From the IMG/VR virus record IMGVR_UViG_3300043579_000184, positions 99,315-129,940 of that record: DNA of 30,626 nt; one strand, written 5' to 3'. This DNA is from a virus. Below, in pieces: positions 15,401 through 26,100 of the stretch. The notes beneath the pieces are model-generated. The model searched no databases, was not told the DNA's origin, and was given only the letters and a program-made list of their open reading frames with translations. Position 1 is the first letter of the stretch. Every line of letters starts with the position of its first letter. Both the position numbers and the translations under genes were made by a program.

Positions 15401-16230
15401 TGGCGCTCTACAAAGACGGCGACATCTTCGTCTCGCTGTTTGACAAGCCCGACGACACAGGCTCTATCATCCAGCAATACGACCGGGCCACCTACGCGCG
15501 GATTGGGAGTTACGGGAGTCCAGCCGACACGGTGGGCGCGTTCCTCAGCCCCTTGGGGCACCTGTGGGTGCTGCACTTCTCGGCCCGGGGCATTGAGTGC
15601 TGGGACGCGAATGGCGCGGTCCTCTGGACCCGACCGACGACCAACAAGCCCGAGTGCGTCCTGTTCGCGCTGGGCTACGCCTACGTCGGGTGCGTGGACG
15701 TAGGGGAACTGCTCCAGTTTCAGCTCGACGGGACGTTCGTCGCGTCCCACACCCTTGCCACGGACCGCCGGGGGATCGACTGGCTGGTCCAGCATCCGGA
15801 CGGCTCGTTCCTCTATACGTCGGAAGGACAGCGGGTGCTGCGCTGGAACCCGCAGACCCGCACGCAGATGGCGGACTTCGGGCTCATCGCGGACCCCGAG
15901 GCGAACTTCGTGTACACCATCAAGCGGCTCAGCAACGGCACCTACCTCGTCGTGGAAGATTCCACCGGGGTCCACCGGTTGTCCCCGGACGGCGCGTATC
16001 TGGGCAAGTACGCCTCGCTCCCGGACGGCGGGGCCTATTTCAGCATCGACGTGGAAGCAGATGGCCAGCACTTCTGGGCGACCAACGTCGTGGGCGGCAA
16101 GCAAGTCATTCAGAAGGTGAACGTCGCCTCGGGGGCACTGGTGGCCACCATCAACACGGGGGTGAGTGGCCTCGTCACTGGTGTCGTCAACGTCACCAAG
16201 ACTGTGGCCCGGCTGCTCCGGATCTTCTGA
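15400..16230 (+). CDS. Beta-propeller protein (NHL/SMP-30-like repeats), 276 aa
   Basis: TAATG-coupled to the TMP stop. Repeated ~40-aa units (QYDRATY, CWDANGAVL, QFQLDGTFV, RLSPDGAYL, VEADGQHFW). Confidence 0.7.
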   Translation: MALYKDGDIFVSLFDKPDDTGSIIQQYDRATYARIGSYGSPADTVGAFLSPLGHLWVLHFSARGIECWDANGAVLWTRPTTNKPECVLFALGYAYVGCVDVGELLQFQLDGTFVASHTLATDRRGIDWLVQHPDGSFLYTSEGQRVLRWNPQTRTQMADFGLIADPEANFVYTIKRLSNGTYLVVEDSTGVHRLSPDGAYLGKYASLPDGGAYFSIDVEADGQHFWATNVVGGKQVIQKVNVASGALVATINTGVSGLVTGVVNVTKTVARLLRIF

Positions 16231-16232
16231 CC

Positions 16233-16595
16233 GTGGCGACCCTCTCCATCCCCGGTCTGAGCGTGACGCTCGACTGTTATCCGTGGGGCTATCAGGACGG
16301 CCGCCAGTTCGGGGTCCGCAACGAGGGCACCACAGACTACGGCGTGCTGCACCGGGAAGTCACTGGGACCATCCAGCGCAAGATGACGGTTCGCTTCGCG
16401 CAGGCCAGCGCGCCGATGGAGCAGCTCCGCAGGCTCGCTATCCGGGCCGGGCGCGAGGCCCTGCCGGTCACCTTCACCGATCACGAGGGCATGAGCTTCA
16501 CCGTGGACTGGCCGGAGGGGCACGACTTCACGCAGGCGCTGGAGAACCGGCGGGAAGTCGAGCTGCTCCTGCTGGAGCAGAGCCCGGGGATCTGA
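16233..16595 (+). CDS. Distal tail (Dit)-like protein, 120 aa
   Basis: GTG at 16233: MATLSIPGLSVTLDCYPWGY...RKMTVRF...PVTFTDHEG...LLLLEQSPGI. Size, position and tube-fold-like pattern. The 15597 start in the track is a shadow extension. Confidence 0.55.
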   Translation: MATLSIPGLSVTLDCYPWGYQDGRQFGVRNEGTTDYGVLHREVTGTIQRKMTVRFAQASAPMEQLRRLAIRAGREALPVTFTDHEGMSFTVDWPEGHDFTQALENRREVELLLLEQSPGI

Positions 16596-16596
16596 C

Positions 16597-19500
16597 GTGG
16601 CGATCAACTTCGCGCCCGGCTTTCTGACCCGTGGCGGGTCGTTTCTCGATCCCGCGCTGTCATGGACGATTGCTCTGTGGGCCCGGCCGCACACCTCGAC
16701 GCCGCCGGGGGGCAGCTTCCGGCAGTACTACAACTTTGGCGGCGGTGGGAGCTACATCTATCTCGGGTCAAACTATGCCAGCAACGACCTGATCCTTGAA
16801 GTCAGCGACGGCACGAATTACTACGACAGTGCTATCGCCAGCCTGTCGCTCGGCGCGTGGGCGTCTATCACCGCCACCTACGATGCCTCGACGCACCTGC
16901 TGACGCTGTACAAGAACAACACCGTCGTCGGAACACTGACGCACGACCTGTCGGCGTTTCCGGCGTTCGTCGCGACGGAGCGGGTGAGCACGTGGGGTGA
17001 CCATGAGACCGCGTACATCCGCCTCTGGCAGGCGGCGCTCAGTCCGGCTGAGATCACCGCTGAGGCCAACGCTCCGTTGGCCCGGCGCACCGCGAACCTG
17101 CTGGCGGACACACCGCTCTTCACCGCCTCGGATGCCGCCGACTACAGCGGCCATGGCAACCATTGGACGCCGAGCGGGACGCTCAGCACGGCTGCGACCA
17201 GCCCGCTGCCGACTACAATCACGCGCGTCCAGACCTCTGGGGAGCAGCACGGGGCGAACCAGACCGTCTTGGTCTTGCCACTGCCTACGGCTCCGGTCCT
17301 TGGCAACAGTCTTGTCATCCTCCTGACCAACTACCGGTCGAGTCCGAACTTCCCGTCGTGGACCTGTGTCGATCCCTACGGGAACACCTACCGCCACGCG
17401 GGCGGCACCGCGCTCGGGAGCATCGGGGCTTCTATCTGGTATTGCCCGGTGATTACCGCGACGGGGCCGGGGTTCACCGTGACCCTCACGGCCACGGGCA
17501 ACTGTTACTGGGTGGGGTCGGTCATCGAGCTGGCCGCGAGCCATGGCCTTGCTCTTGACCAGATCGCCCTGCTCACCGGGCCGTCAGGGCCTTCCCCCGG
17601 TGCGACTCTCCCGCCGCTGGCCGGGCCCGATGCCGTGCTGGCAGCGGTTATGACCAGCGGCGCGACCCAAGCGTCTATGGTCGTGGCGGCCGCGTCTCCG
17701 GCGTGGGTCGAAGAGCACGAAGAGCTGAGCTTCAGCGTGTACGTGCCGGGCGAAGGCGTCACTCGCCTGTTGGGCCCGGCGACCAGCACGACGCCGAGTG
17801 TTGGTTGGACCGTGCCCACGAGTAACAGTTGGGCCGTCGTCCTCGCCGCGTTCAAACCCGGTGGCACCGTAGACACACAGCGGGCCGACACCGTCACCGT
17901 GACCGACCGGGTCTTCGCCGGATTCCTGCCGCCCGTCGTTCTGCAGGCCGACGCCCTCGTGGTCACCGAGGCCGTCACCGCCCAACGGACCCGACCGGCA
18001 ACCGTCCTCACGCAGCCGAACTGGGCGGCCGGGTTTGTTTTCGGAGCGGGGTCCGGTGTGTTTACGCCGATGGGCTGGAGCAACCTTCAGATCGTCGGCG
18101 AAGCCGACTGTCCGTTCCGCATGGATCAGGGCGGGACCGTCCGGCGGCTGGCCGTCCTGCAGAACGTGGCCCCCGGGAGTGGGGCCTCGCGGACGTTTAC
18201 CTTCCGTAAGAACGGCGTGGACCAAGCCGTGGTCGTCACGCTGGGGCCGACCGACACCTACCAGACCGACGAGACGCACAGCTTCACCGTCGCCGCCGGG
18301 GACATCGTAGTGATCCGGGTGAGCGGCACCGGCAGCCCGCCGAACACGAACTTCTCGGTGGTCTGGGACTTCGAGCCGACCGCCAACATCGCGCACTACG
18401 CCATTGGCGGCAGTGTCAGCAACGTCTCGTTTAACGGGCCGCTCTTCATGAGCCCGTTCAGCGGTGGCACATGGACGGCCGCTGGACCCACGCAGGGTGA
18501 CACCCTTGTGGGAGTCGCGGGCGTGGTGACGCAGTACCGCATCGCCTTGACCAGCGGGCCGGGCGTCGGGCGGACACGGACGTTCGTCTGGGTGAAGAAC
18601 AGCATCGTGCAGGACGGGACCGGGGGCACCGTCAACACGACCATCGTCTTCACAGGGACCACCACGCTTGGCGCGCTCGTCTGTGCCCTCCCGGTGGCCG
18701 AAGGGGATCTGGTGCACGTCCGGATGGTCACCACGGGCAGCCCGGCGAGCAGCTACGTGATCGGGGCGCATTCCTTTGCGCCCTCTGCGCCGCATGAGAT
18801 TCCGCTGGCGGGCGCGTGCACCGCCAACAGCCCGATCTCCAACGCGACCTCGTACGCGCCCGGCATCGGGGACACCACCTTCAATACCGTGGAACTCCAA
18901 GCGGGGCTCCCAGCCCCGCTGACCAACCTGACCCTCCGGCGGCTGCGCGTCCGGATGGAGGTGGCGACCACTCAAGCCCTGCACAATTACACCCTCCGGC
19001 GCAATCTGGCCGCGACCCCACAGACGGTGGCGGTGCTGCCGAGCGCGACCAGCGCAGGCCCCTCCGCTGGGGCCGACGTGCCGTACGTCTTCGGAGACGT
19101 GCTGACGCTGCAGGCGGTGGTGGGCGGTATCAGTTCGAGTGTGCGCCCGCACTGGGCGGTGGCGGCCGAGTCGCTCATCGCGGGGGCGATGTCCGTGTCG
19201 GTCGCGGACACCGTCGCCGCGACCGACAGTATCGACCGTAAAGTCCGGCCCACCATCATGGCCGTGGTCCGGATCGAGGGCCTCAGTCTCGCCGACGATC
19301 TGGAGGTCCGGCAGCAGTCCGCCCACCTGCTCACCGCCATCGTACGGGACACCGTCAGGGTGCGGGAAGACACGGCCAGTCCGGGCTGGGCGCGCGGGCT
19401 CACGCGCGTGCAGGTGACCCCGCGCGTGCAGACCACCTTCAGCACCACGGTCTCGGTCACCTTCGCCAAGCCGCCGTCGGTCGGCAACGCCATCGTGCTG

Positions 19501-22227
19501 ATGGTGGGCGGCTACGGCTCGGCGGTCGCCGACGCGGGCACTGGGTCAGATACCCGGGGCAACCCGTATCTGCCGGGCCCGGCGGCGTCCAACACCGCCA
19601 GTGGCAACTTTGCGCGGATCTTCTACGCCCCGGCGATCCGGGCCTCTGGGACGCCGTTCACCGTCACGGCGACCTTTGGCACGTCGAATCCGCGCTGGGC
19701 GATAGCCATCGAGGTCCAGTCCAACGGCTGGGGCCTCGTGCTGGATCAGCTCGCCGCGAACGATCTCCAAGCGATCTCCCCGCCCACGCCGGTGCTGACC
19801 GGGGCCACCCCACCCCTGACGGCGGCGGACGCCTTTCTGGCGGCCCTGTTCAGCGTGGGAGGCACGACCTTCCAGTACAACGTCGTCACTCCAGCGACTC
19901 CGGTCTGGCGGCAGGAGACCGAAGGGCTCGTCACCGACGGCGCGGGCGAAGCGAATACGCGCATCGTGAGCGAGGCGCTCGGGACGACGCCGTCGTGTCA
20001 ATGGCACATCGGGACGACCAGTGTGTGGCCCGCAGCGGTCCTCGCCGCCTTCAAGACCGGCAGCGCGCTGATCATGCTGACGGGCACCGTCATCAGCGTC
20101 CGCCTCGCCGAGACGGTGACCGCGCGCGATGTCCCGCTGCCGCTGCGGCGGCCGGTGCCGATGAACATCACGGTGGCGGAGTTTGTCACCACGCGCGAGG
20201 TGCGTGAACAGCCGCTGCCACCGTCGCAGACGCCGCAGGTGCTCACCGCGCAGGGCATCCGGGTGTTCGACCCGCAGGGCGGTCCGGGCGCGCGGACCGA
20301 CATCGGCTACGACGGCCCATGGCCGAGCGGCGAGTTCACCGCCTGCTTCTGGGCGCAGGGGTGGGGCGACTGGCTGCTCGAAGACGGTTGGTACATCCGC
20401 ATCGAGGGCGTGGACTATCCGTACGGGCTGATGCTCCGGTGCTGGAGTGGCGGTGAGAACCTGCAGATGCCGATTGACGACCGGTGGCATCACGTCACCG
20501 TGATCAGCCGGACCACCGGGGTCACGCTCGCGGTAGACCGCTCGCAGATCACCATTCCGCTGCCGACGCTGCCGCCGTATGACTATGAAGGGTTCAGCGG
20601 CACCGCTGGGTCGCAGCCCGCCGGGAACATGGCACTGGCCTACTACCGGATGTGGGACGCGGTCCTCACCCCGGCAGAACTCCAGCAGGAGCGCGTGGCA
20701 CGGCGGGCGGTGCGGACCGCGAATCTCTGGCGGGACACCCCGTTCGAGGACGGCAGCTTGCTGGACGTGTCCGGGCACGTCCGGGACTGGTACGGCAACG
20801 TCGCCGTGCCGAATGACATTGTCTACGGCGAGCCGTTGCCGTGGGTCGCCGAAGGGGTCACGGTCTGGGACGCGGCGGCGGCTATCGGGCTGGCCCCAAA
20901 CGACCGCTTCGCCGTCGATCTGGTCCGGACGACCGACGGGGTCCGTATCCACTCGCCGCGTTCACGCGCGGTACAGGACGTGGTCGGTATCAGCGAGGTG
21001 CTCGCGGTCGCCCCGTTCGACCCGCGCACGGCCAAGCAGGTCCGGTGGTACACGACGAAGGTCGAGCCGACCTACTATCCGGCGGCGCTGCGTGGGAGCT
21101 GGGGCGTAGTGGGTTCCATGACCAGCGGCGGCGGGGGAGCGGCGTTGAAGCTCGTGAACACGCCCATGCCGCCGTACGACCAGTTCTGGGTCTACAACCA
21201 GTACGGCGTCAATACCACCGCAGGCGCAGCCGGAAGTACGACCTACTGCATGTCGCATATTAGTGAGCCGCTTCCAGCACAGGTCATCAGCGGGTTCATC
21301 AATCTCTGCCATTATCTCAAGGCCGAAAAGGGCTTCACGTTGCCCAACGGGTCGCCCGGTGTCGGCTTCCGGTTGTACATCTACGTCACCGTCGGCGAGA
21401 CCGATAGCGTACGCGGCGTGCTGCTGGACTACGTCTCCCCGGTCAACGGGAACCTGTGGCCCAGTGCCAGCCGGTGGTGGCAGCTCGACGCGGACGCGCT
21501 GCTCACGCCCGTCGCGCTCCAGACCGGGGACCGGGTCGTCATCGAGTGGGGGTTCATCGCACGGGCGGCGTATGTCAGCGATACCTCGCAGATTTGTTAC
21601 TTTGTGACCACGCAGGACCGCCGGAACGATGGCGTCCCGAAGCCTATTGGAACCCCGGTGTCTGCGGGTGACGCGCCGTTGGCCTACGGCTACAGCGGCT
21701 ATATCGACTTCAAAAGCGGGATCTTCGTCAACCCGATCATTGCCCGTCCGTACGAGACGATCTCCACGATTCACGGTGTATTCCGTAGCGGGCCGGGGCC
21801 GCTCAACCGACTGGTATTCGAGGCCCGGACCGTCAGTGACAGTGCGCTCAGGAATTTCGCGCTCCCGACCGGCCACAGCGGCACCGACGCATTCACCGTG
21901 ACCGATAGTGTCACAGGCTACCTGCAGCAGACGCGCTCGGTACACGTCAGCGACCCGGTGACCGTCACGTCCGAGGCCACCCTGTCGGACATCGGTGCGC
22001 CCCCTCCGATCCCCGCGCTCTCCGTGGGTGTCTTCGAGCGCGTGCGGGTCGCGGAGGACCGGCTGCGAAGTGTGACCTCGTCAAAGGCCGTGGTGAAGGT
22101 CTACGACTACGTGACGACCATCGACGCGAAGACGCTGGCGATCTACGGCACGGTCTGGGACGGCAGCGGCACACCGCCGGAGCCGACCACGGAGACTAGC
22201 GGCGACTACTGGATTGTAGGGATCTGA
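16597..22227 (+). CDS. Large modular tail fibre/receptor-binding protein with two LamG/ConA-like domains, 1876 aa
   Basis: Two LamG-like units (WTIALW...W.SITATYD...IRLWQAALSPAEI and FTACFW...WHHVTV...RMWDAVLTPAEL), duplicated beta-sandwich domains, Thr/Val-rich linkers. Confidence 0.8.
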   Translation: MAINFAPGFLTRGGSFLDPALSWTIALWARPHTSTPPGGSFRQYYNFGGGGSYIYLGSNYASNDLILEVSDGTNYYDSAIASLSLGAWASITATYDASTHLLTLYKNNTVVGTLTHDLSAFPAFVATERVSTWGDHETAYIRLWQAALSPAEITAEANAPLARRTANLLADTPLFTASDAADYSGHGNHWTPSGTLSTAATSPLPTTITRVQTSGEQHGANQTVLVLPLPTAPVLGNSLVILLTNYRSSPNFPSWTCVDPYGNTYRHAGGTALGSIGASIWYCPVITATGPGFTVTLTATGNCYWVGSVIELAASHGLALDQIALLTGPSGPSPGATLPPLAGPDAVLAAVMTSGATQASMVVAAASPAWVEEHEELSFSVYVPGEGVTRLLGPATSTTPSVGWTVPTSNSWAVVLAAFKPGGTVDTQRADTVTVTDRVFAGFLPPVVLQADALVVTEAVTAQRTRPATVLTQPNWAAGFVFGAGSGVFTPMGWSNLQIVGEADCPFRMDQGGTVRRLAVLQNVAPGSGASRTFTFRKNGVDQAVVVTLGPTDTYQTDETHSFTVAAGDIVVIRVSGTGSPPNTNFSVVWDFEPTANIAHYAIGGSVSNVSFNGPLFMSPFSGGTWTAAGPTQGDTLVGVAGVVTQYRIALTSGPGVGRTRTFVWVKNSIVQDGTGGTVNTTIVFTGTTTLGALVCALPVAEGDLVHVRMVTTGSPASSYVIGAHSFAPSAPHEIPLAGACTANSPISNATSYAPGIGDTTFNTVELQAGLPAPLTNLTLRRLRVRMEVATTQALHNYTLRRNLAATPQTVAVLPSATSAGPSAGADVPYVFGDVLTLQAVVGGISSSVRPHWAVAAESLIAGAMSVSVADTVAATDSIDRKVRPTIMAVVRIEGLSLADDLEVRQQSAHLLTAIVRDTVRVREDTASPGWARGLTRVQVTPRVQTTFSTTVSVTFAKPPSVGNAIVLMVGGYGSAVADAGTGSDTRGNPYLPGPAASNTASGNFARIFYAPAIRASGTPFTVTATFGTSNPRWAIAIEVQSNGWGLVLDQLAANDLQAISPPTPVLTGATPPLTAADAFLAALFSVGGTTFQYNVVTPATPVWRQETEGLVTDGAGEANTRIVSEALGTTPSCQWHIGTTSVWPAAVLAAFKTGSALIMLTGTVISVRLAETVTARDVPLPLRRPVPMNITVAEFVTTREVREQPLPPSQTPQVLTAQGIRVFDPQGGPGARTDIGYDGPWPSGEFTACFWAQGWGDWLLEDGWYIRIEGVDYPYGLMLRCWSGGENLQMPIDDRWHHVTVISRTTGVTLAVDRSQITIPLPTLPPYDYEGFSGTAGSQPAGNMALAYYRMWDAVLTPAELQQERVARRAVRTANLWRDTPFEDGSLLDVSGHVRDWYGNVAVPNDIVYGEPLPWVAEGVTVWDAAAAIGLAPNDRFAVDLVRTTDGVRIHSPRSRAVQDVVGISEVLAVAPFDPRTAKQVRWYTTKVEPTYYPAALRGSWGVVGSMTSGGGGAALKLVNTPMPPYDQFWVYNQYGVNTTAGAAGSTTYCMSHISEPLPAQVISGFINLCHYLKAEKGFTLPNGSPGVGFRLYIYVTVGETDSVRGVLLDYVSPVNGNLWPSASRWWQLDADALLTPVALQTGDRVVIEWGFIARAAYVSDTSQICYFVTTQDRRNDGVPKPIGTPVSAGDAPLAYGYSGYIDFKSGIFVNPIIARPYETISTIHGVFRSGPGPLNRLVFEARTVSDSALRNFALPTGHSGTDAFTVTDSVTGYLQQTRSVHVSDPVTVTSEATLSDIGAPPPIPALSVGVFERVRVAEDRLRSVTSSKAVVKVYDYVTTIDAKTLAIYGTVWDGSGTPPEPTTETSGDYWIVGI

Positions 22228-23003
22228 TGGCTATTTTTCCGCCCGGCGTCGTGATGATGGCGGCCCCTTCGCAGGTGCATTCACTGGGCGCGGAGGTCAG
22301 CCTGAATTGCCCGGTCGTCTCCAGTGACTACCCCACGAGCTGTCTGACCGACGGCAAAACCGACCGGCCGATGCGCGCCTCGTGGGAAACCATGTCGCTC
22401 ACCCTCGACCTGTCGGGCCCGCGCACGCCGAACCTGCTCGGCATTCTCGGGCACAACATCGACCATGGCCGGGTCATCGGCGTCACCAACGAGGCGGGGC
22501 TGGCACGCGGCTTCGGTGGCCGCGACCCGAACTGCTGGATCGACCTGCGCGGCTTCCCGACTACGGCTCGGTACTGGACGATTTTTGTGAACAGCAACAG
22601 CGTCCCGGTCTCTATCTGTGAGGTAGTGATCGCGACCGCGACGGTGTTTCAGCATGGGCTCTGGACCGGCGGGGTGACCGAGAAGCTCTCGTATCCGGGC
22701 TACCGCGACCTGACCGAGTACCTGAAGACCTACATCTCCGTGTCCGGGGCGCTGGTGCGCTCGGCGGACACCTCGGTGCAGGTAGACGAGGCCGACCGGC
22801 TTGCGCTCGCCGCCATCTCCGACGAGGTCATGGCGACCCCGGGCCCGGGGCAGCGCGTGCTCGTGGTCCCCAACAGCCTCATCAACGACCTCTGGTTCTG
22901 CGAGTGGCCGGTGTTAGAAGAGGCCACCTACGAGAATCACGTGCTCCGCACGCAGGGCCTGCCGCTCTACGAACCGCCTGCCAGTCTCGTCAACGGCCGC
23001 TAA
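22227..23003 (+). CDS. Minor tail/tail-tip protein (jelly-roll N-part, Dit-like C-part), 258 aa
   Basis: TGATG-coupled. LTLDLSGPRT..LGILGHNI...ARYWTIFV resembles a galactose-binding-like fold. Lies directly before the hub gene. Confidence 0.55.
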   Translation: MAIFPPGVVMMAAPSQVHSLGAEVSLNCPVVSSDYPTSCLTDGKTDRPMRASWETMSLTLDLSGPRTPNLLGILGHNIDHGRVIGVTNEAGLARGFGGRDPNCWIDLRGFPTTARYWTIFVNSNSVPVSICEVVIATATVFQHGLWTGGVTEKLSYPGYRDLTEYLKTYISVSGALVRSADTSVQVDEADRLALAAISDEVMATPGPGQRVLVVPNSLINDLWFCEWPVLEEATYENHVLRTQGLPLYEPPASLVNGR

Positions 23004-23019
23004 CCGGAAGGAACCCTTC

Positions 23020-23163
23020 ATGAATTGGATCGAACAGGTACTCGGCGTTTCACCGGACGGCGGCAGCGGGGCACTGGAGGGGCTGATCCTTGCCGTGGTC
23101 CTTGGCCTCGTCGCGGTCTGGACCCGCTGGAAGTCAGCCCATGAGCTTTCGCACAGAGATTGA
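23020..23163 (+). CDS. Small single-TM membrane protein, 47 aa (not in ORF track)
   Basis: GGAAGGA upstream. MNWIEQVLGVSPDGGSGALEGLILAVVLGLVAVWTRWKSAHELSHRD*. One hydrophobic helix followed by basic residues. Confidence 0.65.
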   Translation: MNWIEQVLGVSPDGGSGALEGLILAVVLGLVAVWTRWKSAHELSHRD

Positions 23164-26100
23164 GAAGCTCGCCCGGACGCGGCGGGCCTACCTTCGTTTT
23201 GCCCGGAAGGAAAACAAGACCGACCGGTCATGGGCAGGCCCGGAAGACCGCCGCTACGGGAAGGTGGCGGACGCGCAGGGCGTCCAAGTCGTCGGGGGAG
23301 ATCGGGACGGGCTGGTGCCCATCGTGGGGACGATCTCGCGCTTCGGCACCATTCAGCGGAGCCTCGCCACGTTTCTCACCTCGCTGGAGATCCCCAATGT
23401 CTCCGTGGAACTGTTCGACCCGACCCGCGAGTGGCGCGCACTCGGCGGCGGCCTGAACGATCAGCTCACCTACCGGGCGGTGAGCTTCTGGCTGCGAGTG
23501 CTGGACGATCTGCGCGCCCCGATAGACGAGCGGATCGCGGTCGCGCACATTCGCAAGGTGGCGTACCCCTCTGGCGGCAAAGTCACCCTCGACTGTCAGG
23601 TCGCCAGCGGCTCGTTTCTCGGGGCGAAGGTGCCGCGCCGCTTCATCACCACCGAGGACTTCCCGCTCGCGCCGCCGGAGACACAGGGCCTGCCGGTCCC
23701 CATCATCTACGGGCGGCGGTCGAACACCGTCTCGCCCTTCACCATCCCGGACCCGGACGCCCCGCCGGGGGCGGCAGAGGGACTCCCGGGCACCGGCCCC
23801 ACGGACGACCCGGTCACGTTGCCGCCGTTCACCGGCTCCGAGACCATCTACTGCTCGGACCTATGGGTAGATGACTTCGAGAGCGGGCTGGACGGCTACA
23901 GCGCGGGGACCGCAGGCTTCACGCTGGCCCCCGGCGCGGGCGCGGACGGGTCCGCCGCCGTCCGCCCGGTGGTCCCCGGCGCGGAGCTGACCAAGACGCT
24001 CACGCCGCCCCGCCGCGCGTTCTGCGTCGAGTGGTCGAGCGACCACGATGTCGTGCCGACCGGCAATGCGACGGTGGAGGCGGGCGTCAACATTTACCGC
24101 ATGGGCGGCCGCGACATCTCGATTGTCACCCCGTGGGCCGGGGAGCTGGCCTACCTGACCGCCGTGCTGACGCCGGGGACGCGGCAGACCTTCCGGCTGG
24201 AAGGGGCCTTTGCTACCAAGAACCTGACCGTCACGCTGACCAGCGGAGTGAACGCCACCGAGACCACGCTGCACGTGAGCCCCACCGACGCGGCGCGGCT
24301 GCGGGCCGGGATGCACCTGCAGCTCGGGGGCGAGATCGTCCGTATCCTGTCAGTCAGTCCCACGGTGCCCGGGGCGTTCAACGTCATCCGCGCGCAGTTC
24401 CGCACCATTGCCAACAGCGTCCCGGCGGGCACGGTCCTCCAGACCCATGATGTCAACGGCTACCTGAAGTTCCTCATCAACGGTGCGAGCGTGTTCACCC
24501 GGATGGACACCGATGTCGTCCGTTCCGCGTCGGACACCGGCGAATGGACCACGGTGGTCTGGTCCCCCAACGGCGACGGCGACAACCTGAAGATCGGCTC
24601 GGGCCTGCTCTACACGCCGCCTGCCCCGTACGTCCCGCCGACGTACACCGCGCCGGTCGGCGGTAGCTCGGCGAACCCGGCCCCGACGCCGGAGTGCCAG
24701 CCCGGCCACGAGGGCGGCTCGCCGTCAGGGGCGGCCGTCCGCGCTCTGCTGGTGGGCACCTACAACCTCGGCTCGACCGGCGACGTGCCTGCAGGTGCGC
24801 CCGGGGCCCCGGTGCCCCCCAGCAACCCCTGCGGGCGTCCGCCCTACGGGACCACGGCGGCACTGGCGGACGATCTGACGCAGGCCAAGGAGGCAGGCAC
24901 GCTCATGGCCGACTGGCCGCTGTGTATTGGCTTCGCCCACACACAGGAGCTGATCGACCTTGAGGGGGACATCCCGACCGATGATGCCGGGCTGGCCGCG
25001 ATCATCGGCTGGAGCACGCTGAACTGTCTGGTGTATGGCGACTGCGGCGGCGGGAGCGGCGGCTCGACTTCGACCCCCGGAGCTGGAGGTGCGAGCAACG
25101 TCTACGTGTTGTCTGGGCACGCCTGCAAGAAAGTCACGACGGTCTACGTGCTCAAGCCGGTGGTCGTGCAGAACTTCAGCGAGGACGGCGACGAGTCTCC
25201 CACGCGCAGCGATCCGGTGCAGGTCCAGATGGTCGAGGGGGTGGACTACCGGCAGGGGTGGATGGACATCAACGGCCATCGCTACCACCTGCTCGCTTTC
25301 AATCAGGCGCAGACCAGCGAGACCTGCGAGTACTTCGAGGTGACGGCCAACGTCGAGGGGATCGAGACCAACGGTGACGGCAGCGGCACGCTCATCGAGA
25401 ACGCCGACGAGATCGTGGAGCACGTCATGCTCAACTGGATTCTCAACAGCTACCAGAAGGGCCCATGGTTCACCGACGTGCCCTACGCCAAGGGCGTCTG
25501 GGACGCGGACAGCGTGGACCGGGTCAAGGCCGTCGCGGCCCGGCGCGTCCCCGGCGGCTACAAGGGCATGGGCACGCTCGACGTGGTCATCGAGGCGCGC
25601 GAGTGGCTGCGCGAGCTGCTCATCTCCTACGACTTGGAGCTGTTCTTCAACAACAACATCGGCGACAGCGGCGCATGGTCCCTGAGCCGCTTCGACCCGC
25701 AGACCGCGCTCGACCTCATCCCGCACTGGGACGCGGGCGTCGATCCGATCCTCAAGGACTCCTTCTCCAGCGAAATAGCCATCGACCAGATGGTCAACAC
25801 GCTCCCGTTCTTCGCGGGGCCGACCACGCAGAAGCTGGACACCAAGGGCACCTCCGCGCCCAAGGTCGAGGGGGGCGGCTGGGTGCTGAGCGGGCAGTTC
25901 GAGAGCCCGTCCTCCATCGAGCGCTACGGCATCGCCAAGTCCGACCCGATCTACCTGAAGTGGACCGACGATCCGGCCACGGTCGGCAACGTGATGTCGC
26001 GCTACCTGAGTTATCTGGAGTATCCGCCGATCCCGGCGAGCTTCCGTATGGGCCTCAAGGCGCTCGGGGGCCCGCTGGGATCCCTTGTCCGCATCACGCA

